The translations under genes were made by a program, and so were the position numbers. A stretch of DNA of 64,000 bases from Protoeuglena noctilucae (taxonomy: Eukaryota): positions 682,001-746,000 of the forward strand of contig OY253680.1 of NCBI GenBank assembly GCA_958009085.1, in the 5' to 3' direction. Below are positions 57,901 to 64,000 of the stretch, piece by piece; the first letter of the stretch is position 1, and every line of letters starts with the position of its first letter. A model generated the notes under the pieces. It was not told the DNA's origin. It searched no databases and saw only the letters and a program-made list of their open reading frames with translations.

Positions 57901-59100
57901 AGACTCCTCGCTCAGCACCCGCCGAGACGGGGAGGGCTCCGGGCACAGCGCAGAGGGCCTCTCCACTGCGATGCGCGCACTGAGGGACGCGTACAAAGGC
58001 GCAGCAACGGCAAGCGCAGCACTGCCGGGGCACCCGGCCCCCGGGACTGCCCTGCGGCTGCGCGTGGCGGCGCTGCAGTGCCTGCGTTGCTTGGCCGAGG
58101 ACACCACCGCGCGCCCGGCGCTGCGGCACCTGGCCCCGCGGATCATCGACGAGGTGTCGCTGCTGCTGGACCCCTCGGGGCCGCCCCGGCTGCGCGAGGC
58201 GGCGGTGCCCGCGTGGCTGGCGGTCGCAAAGCTTGACCCGGACGCTGCCTGGGGGCTGCTGGCCGACGTGTGCATGGCAGTGGGGGAGGCGTTGCCGGGG
58301 GCGGCGCGGGGTGGGAAGGGGCCGGCGATGGCGGCGTGGGCGGGCGAGGGACGGTCGGTACCGACCCGCCAATGCTCCTCAGGCTTGGCGCGGGCCCTGG
58401 CGTTCCTGGACTGCGACTGGCGGTACGCATCCCACGCGGGGCGGGGCAGCAAGGGCAGGGCCTCTGCTCTGGCTGCCGCGGTAGTGGATCGGCGTAGTGC
58501 TGGGTCTAAGGCAGCGGGGTTGGCGGGGGTGGCGGGGGTGGGCGGGCTGCAGAGCGGCGACAGCAAGGGGGTGGATGGGGCTGACACGCATTGGGGTGAC
58601 GAGGGGCTGGGTGTGGAGGAGGATGAGAGGATGGCGGAGACGCTGCGACTGGCTGGGAAGGAGGAGCTGTTGCATGAGGACCCGTGGGAGTGGCCCGTGG
58701 CGAGGGGTGGCACGATGTGGCCGGCGCCTGTGGCAGCAGTGGCGGTGGCGCGGACGGGGCGGCTACTGCCGGAGGGGCGGGCGCTGCTGCCGAGGTTCAG
58801 GGCCGTGGGGGCAGGTGAGGGTTGAGTGCAGCTAGAGTCATCCAGGGCAGGTGAGGGGCAGCCATGCAGGACTCCTTGCTATGCTGACTGCGGTTCTTTG
58901 CCCATCTCGCTTGCACAGGGGATGCGTCTGAGGGCCGGGGTCTGTCCCAGCTGATCCGCCTGTGTGCCGAGCGTGGGGTGGCCAAGGTGGCGCCCGCGTT
59001 GGCGAAGAGAGTCGAGGAGTGGGTCGAGGCGCTGTGGGTGGCGAGCGTGGCGGTGGGCGATGAATGGGGGGATGCAGCGGCGGCTGGGGTTGGGGAGTAG
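51935..59100 (+). CDS. TTI1: TELO2-interacting protein 1 (TTT complex), multi-exon
   Basis: AAFLPGTVSGL, HPSRRVRRAAA, LLSANADFVVDRVC, LLPLLAEP, LLPSVHALWYPL, FLARRMATEAWP and KLDPDAAWGLL. Probable last exon 58918-59100. Confidence 0.85.
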
Positions 59101-59368
59101 CCTGGCAGAGACTGGGAGGCTTTGAAAGAATTGGCTGCAGCTTTGGCCAATCGCGCAGCCTGCATGCACCGAGCTGGGCAGCAAACAACAGAAGGCCCAA
59201 GCATGACTTTCAACTCGCTTTACTTGACTTCACTTGCACATTGCATCTCCGCCTGACTTCCTCTCGCACGGCGTGAAACCCGGCCCTGCTCATGCCTGGT
59301 AGGTCTGCGTCGTCGTGTCCTCCTGCGTCATGCATGGGAAGGTCACTTGGTAGCCACCCTTGCCACTG

Positions 59369-60804
59369 CTAGTGCAAGCGGACTCCGTGCCGCCAATGCC
59401 GGAACTCCAATCTCACCTGCAGCTCCCTTCCGTCCACCCTCACGCCTAGCGTCAACACCATTCCATGTCTGGTTTTCTCCACCCCCGGCCCCCCGCATCC
59501 CACGACCTCCACATTCTTCACCCATGCCCTTGCACAGATGCTGCAGAGAAGGCCCCCCACCTTGCACCCCTCAATGCGGCCCCCAGACATGACCAGGCAG
59601 CTGGTGTCATGCGTAACGCAAAGGCCCCAGCCATTGCATCCCTTGATTCCTGTGTCCAACACCTCGACTTTGCCGCTGTGTATGCAAGCGATGCCGCTGC
59701 CATGGCCGCCGACAATGTTTGAGCGACGGATCCTAATGCGGCCCCCGGCAAAGCACTTCACGCCACCCGTAAGGCATTTCTCGTCCGTTACTCCATCTAC
59801 GGCGACCCGGCCCTTGTGCGACACCACGCCGGGACCCCAGCAGTCTTTGATGGTAACTTCTCGAGGTGTGCACTGCCACCGGCTCTGCACTCTACCCCAC
59901 CACCTGCACACCGCTGAATGTGCCCCTCCTGTACTGCCAGCTTGCTGCCTGCTCCATTTACCCGCGCCCCCGGCCCTACACACCCGTCAATCTCCACCCC
60001 TGCTACCTCCGCCTCGCCACCGTCTGTGCAATACACGCCAGCTACTTTGCACTGCTCTATGCGCCCCTTCCGCACCACCAGCTTGCTCCCTGTTCCACGC
60101 GCTCGTGCCCCCTGCCCCTCGCACTCCACGATCTCCACCCCTGCTACCTCTGCCTCGCCACCCTCTTCGCAAGACACGCCAGCCATCTTGCACCGCTCAA
60201 TGCGCCCCTCCCGCACTGCCAGCTTGCTGCCTGCTCCCTTCGCGACTGCCCCGTTCCTCCGGCACTCCACGATCTCCACCCCTACCACCTCTGCTTCCCC
60301 GCCCTCCTCGCATGCCACTCCGTGACTGCCACACCCAACAACCCCTCCCTGGTACATCTGCAGCCGCGCCTTCTCACGTATCTGCACCCCACCACCCCTC
60401 GGCCGCACCCCCTGCAGCACCACACGCGTCCCCTCCCCTGCCACCCTCAGCAGCCACGGCCCCTCCCACGCCTTCCCCGCGACCAGCGTCCCCTTCCGCA
60501 GCGTCACGTTCCCTGCCTCCATCACCAGCGCATCCCCCAGCACCACCTCCGCACCCTTCAAATCGATTTCGAGGTCGCCCGGGCCCCCGGCTTTATGCAG
60601 CCCGAGCGCATCCTGCAGCCTTTCCTCGGTCTAGCCCTGCAAGCACATCTCACTCACATGAACCCCTTGCGCCTGCTCTCGGGAAAAAGCGCTGTCTCGT
60701 GTCATGACGCTAACAGTCAGCCTCACCGCTCCTCCCCCCAGTTCCCCTCCTGCGTCCATCGCCGCGCCCTGCCCGGGCAGGTCCGCACCGCTCGCCGACG
60801 CCAT
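59369..60804 (-). pseudogene. Right-handed parallel beta-helix (PbH1) repeat protein with an in-frame TAG and a frameshift; no introns seen
   Basis: Repeats such as GVSCEEGGEAEVAGVEIVEC..GARARGTGSKLVVRKGRIEQC. TAG at 60631-60633. Frame change near 59860 (AHLE to EVTIKDC). Confidence 0.78.
59900..60345. repeat. 141-bp (47-aa) coding tandem repeat, about 3 units
   Basis: ATCTCCACCCCT recurs at 59990, 60131 and 60272 with conserved flanks. Confidence 0.88.
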
Positions 60805-61488
60805 GGCTGCGAGCCCAACGGGTCGCGTGCGCTTGCCCTGCGGACGACAGGCAGCCAAATTGCAGGCAAGTGCGTCGCGCAAGCACGTCGCGGCGTGTCC
60901 CCTCGCGAGCCTGTCGCCGCACGAGCGCATAGTGCAGTCCAGAGCACGCAAGCCTTTCCCGCGCCCGCACTGGGCGTAGCGGCGCACTCGCGGCATGAGC
61001 ACACTTGCTTTGCAAATCTCAGCCGACATTGACAGACACTAGGCGGCGCTGGCCGCCATGGCCTTTGAAAGGGAGTCTCAACATCAGAACTCAAGAGTGC
61101 GGGCTCCCGACTGCCACGCAGGCTGCCACGGTACGATCGCACCCCTATCCAGTCACCTCTATGCAGATGTGGCTCCCGCAAATGGTCTCGATCAGACGCT
61201 GCCTGGGCAGAGCAGGAACAGCGAACCGGAAAAGACGCAACTCTGAGGAACCTGGCCGTCGCTGGCTGTGTGTCATTCAAGGCTGGATGGATGACGTTAG
61301 CATAGTATGGAAAGGAAGAGTGCATTGTGCGCATGCTCGTGAAACGCTTGGCTGGAAGGGTAAAGCCCGGCTGATGCTCGCTACACTTATGCGGAAAGCA
61401 TGTTATTAGTGTTCAGTCCTCCTCTTGAGCTAGCCGCATGATGTACCGGCTGTCATCGCGAGCTTCAGCCTGCATGCATTGACTCTGA

Positions 61489-61942
61489 TGTCAGCGGAGG
61501 GGCGCGGACTCGCCGCGCCTGACGGCGATTCTGGCAAAAATAATGCGTCTCGTCCGCTGGGCTCGCATGGCGATCGCACGGACCACGCCCCAGGGACGCC
61601 GTGGTGTGTCCTGTGCGGGCACGCATTCGAGGCGGATGGTGGCGATATCGAGCCCAGGCGGCTCCCGTGCGGATGCATTGCGTGCAAGGCATGCACGAGA
61701 CGGTGGCTGAGCCGGACGCTCCAGGCCAGGGGGACAGAGGGCGGGCCGCAATGCTCGATTGGCCAGGGTTCCGGGCCTCACTGCAGTGTGCGCTGGTCTG
61801 CAAGTTCTATGGGTTTGTCAAGCGCAGTCGTGCGCTGTTCATGATGATGGAGCGGTGCGAGGGGTCGTTGGCAGAGCGGCTGCGCGGTCTCGGCGGCAAG
61901 GGCCTCCCCGAGGGCGAGCTGGCGTGCGCCTCTCTGCTGTGA
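61489..61942 (+). pseudogene. Second, internally deleted KEG-like RING-kinase fragment
   Basis: CVLCGHAF..IEPRRLPCGCIACKAC, then in another frame FRASLQCALVCKFYGF..LFMMMERCEGSLAERL..GGKGL. The VAVK region and catalytic loop are missing. Confidence 0.72.
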
Positions 61943-62127
61943 TGGGCTGCGAACTACGCAGCCCACATGCTTTGCAATCGGTTGCATTTCAAGGCAAGCC
62001 GCGCCAAGTGAAGCTACTTGTAGGCAGCGGCATCACACGCTCCATCTACAGCACCTCGCTTTCATGCAACCCTACACATGCGACACACCGTCGTGCCTCT
62101 TCACATCTGGTGCCCGCTCGACCACTC

Positions 62128-63582
62128 TCACATCTCCAAGTCAACCAAGTCGTCTTCTTCCAATCCCAGCGACTCTGCCGTCTCGTCGTCACCAACCACA
62201 TCCCCGTCGAAGCGGAGGCGCGGGTGACCCTGCTGTGTGAGAGAGCACAACATGCGTTAAGTGAGATGGCTCTAGTTCTAAACATGTTCAGTAAAAGTTC
62301 CTGCACCGTAAACCTACAACGCCTTATGCTTTGATCCAGGCCCAATGCCTGCGTCATCATGGGTTCACAGACCCACCCACCTTGCTGCCCCCGCCAGTGC
62401 TCGCCAGCCCTTTGTCCCGAAACATCTGCAACATGACTGTCGCGTACGTCGCCAGCGGACGCTTGATGTCGACCAGAAACTTCAGCTTGTGCGCTTCCTT
62501 CCAGCACACCAGGCGGGCCACGATGGAGAGCTTTTTTGTCGAACAACCACCCTCGCCTTCGCCCTGATTCGAAACCCCGTCGACGCCCTCTGTTGCCTGC
62601 AGCCGGAATCATTGTTTTGATGTCCATTCCATGCACATAGACATGTGACACATGAGCCGTTACACCTGCTTCCTCCCGCAGCCACTGCTCACCTGCCCAT
62701 TCCTCGCCCGTGCCCCGCTCCCAGCCGCAGCTGCCGACCGCCCTGATGTTTCAGCACAGCTCACGCTCCCGCCGCCCTGTGTCCTGCACCAAACAGATGG
62801 GGTAGAGAGCATCGCATAGTCTGCCATGCACGCCATGCAATGCAGGCGTCTCAACACCCAAAGCCGCGTCAAGCACGCACCTATCTGGCACAGCAGACAC
62901 CGTGCCTCCCTCGCCAGCCCTCTCTGCGTTCTGCACCATCGCCCGCATCAGCAGGACGCGGGGGTCGGCAGCTGCGGGATCCCGGGCCGGCGTGGCCTGC
63001 AAGGAAAGCGGAGAAAGACACTTCGCCAATGCCATCCACGATTGCAACCCACCATCACCACAGCTGCACCCATGCACCTGTCCTTTGGCCCCGTCCCTCG
63101 CGCGTGCCCGTTTCCTGCCACCCCGGCCATCGCCAGCGGTCCCTGCCTCCGAGTCTGGCTGCGACTCCGGCTGCGACAAGATCATCACATCCGACTCCTC
63201 GTCTGAGTCCTGCGAGTGGCGCAAATGACATTGCCACCGTTGCACTTGCGAGGGTGCATATCACCCTTGCTGCGCTTGTGTGTGCGTACGCTCAGCGGTG
63301 CCGGCGCATCCCGGCCCACGACAGCCCATTACTCGCCGGTGTCTGCTCAGGTGGAAGGTCGGGCACGCCACGCGGCCTGCCGCGACCACGCCCCCGCCCG
63401 CGCCCCCTTCCTACGCCCGTGTGGTTATCAGGGGGTCCCGAAGACGACGGCAGCGCGCGTCGCTTCACCGTGTCCGAATAGTCGAACAGGTCGTCGTCAT
63501 CGTCGTCCACTGTGGCGGGGAGAGGGCGGGCGGATGGGTCGCTGGCCGGCCCACGTTCGGCAGCACAGCGTGCTGACCATGT
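62128..63582 (-). CDS. Protein with a C-terminal SUMO-like domain (Rad60/Esc2/NIP45-like)
   Basis: Last exon RLRFDGDVVGDDETAESLGLEEDDLVDLEM* has no di-Gly. The N-terminus is acidic and low-complexity with (GR)n and a SIM-like DVMILS. The start is uncertain. Confidence 0.7.
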
Positions 63583-63602
63583 TTCGTCGCCACGCACCGG
63601 TG

Positions 63603-64000
63603 ATGGCGACTGCGGGCGCCTTCTGCGATGCGCTGACCATCGTGCGAGATGGACGGGTCGTTGAAGTCATGTGTCCGCTCTCCAGGCGCGCGCGCGCGGG
63701 TCAATCCTGCATGAGAGCGGGATGGCATGGCTGGGTAACGACACCCGCCTCCGGTATGCACCTTCGACGACGGCTGCAAGTGGTTACGGACAACCCGAAC
63801 GCAGCCACCTACTCACATGCTGTGACAGGACCGGTTGGAGACGGCGGCACCTCGTCCAGTTGCGCCCGGAAACGAACGGTCCCTGCAGGGGGAGAGGCCT
63901 ACGAACGCCCGCCTGATCGCGATGCCGGTCTCTTGCGACTCGATGTGGATTGGTGACGGAGCGGCAGGTCGAAAGGGCACTCGAGTGGGCAGAAGACAGC
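63603..64000 (+). CDS. Possible 5' part of a gene running off the window
   Basis: ATG at 63603 followed by coding-like segments. No recognisable family. Confidence 0.25.

Noticed and set aside
45850..60633. In-frame TAGs at 45850, 47023 and 60631 as evidence of TAG=Gln recoding (as in some ulvophytes) or readthrough
   Set aside because: Conserved genes here end at TAG or TAA (429, 15575, 27357) and I saw no internal TAR codons in their conserved exons. The TAG-bearing loci also show frameshifts, truncation or motif decay.
1..64000. tRNA or rRNA genes, autonomous transposons, Introner-like repeated introns, viral insertions
   Set aside because: No such motifs (RT, integrase, transposase, capsid, cloverleaf) and no near-identical introns were recognisable by eye. 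Small or diverged elements cannot be excluded without tools.

Overview
Eukaryotic nuclear DNA from a GC-rich, gene-dense, intron-containing photosynthetic and probably flagellated green alga. Evidence: plastid SecY, a Tat-type thylakoid-lumen protein, ciliary LRRC9 and GT/GC-AG spliceosomal introns. The genetic code appears standard. About 20 spliced genes were reconstructed by eye: DAGK/YegS-type lipid kinase, TDP1, an orphan, cpSecY, a small Tat-lumen protein, LRRC9, two alpha/beta hydrolases, a GT61-containing surface protein, two more orphans, RNase M5, PP4R1-like HEAT protein, HSBP1, a 124-aa orphan, a TMEM234-like ORF, TTI1 and a SUMO-like-domain protein. There are also decayed KEG-like RING-kinase and beta-helix pseudogenes. 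The most notable observations: (1) an intron-containing RNase M5 of the Firmicute type with a transit-peptide-like extension; (2) a secreted, apparently GPI-anchored GT61 glycosyltransferase fused to a Tyr-rich tract, Cys-rich repeats and a mucin-like stalk; (3) a candidate tricistronic locus (orphan, TMEM234-like, TTI1); (4) very frequent GC-AG introns; (5) repeated 'echo' copies of splice junctions inside introns. All gene models and family calls come from reading motifs by eye with no database search. Gene starts in particular are approximate.
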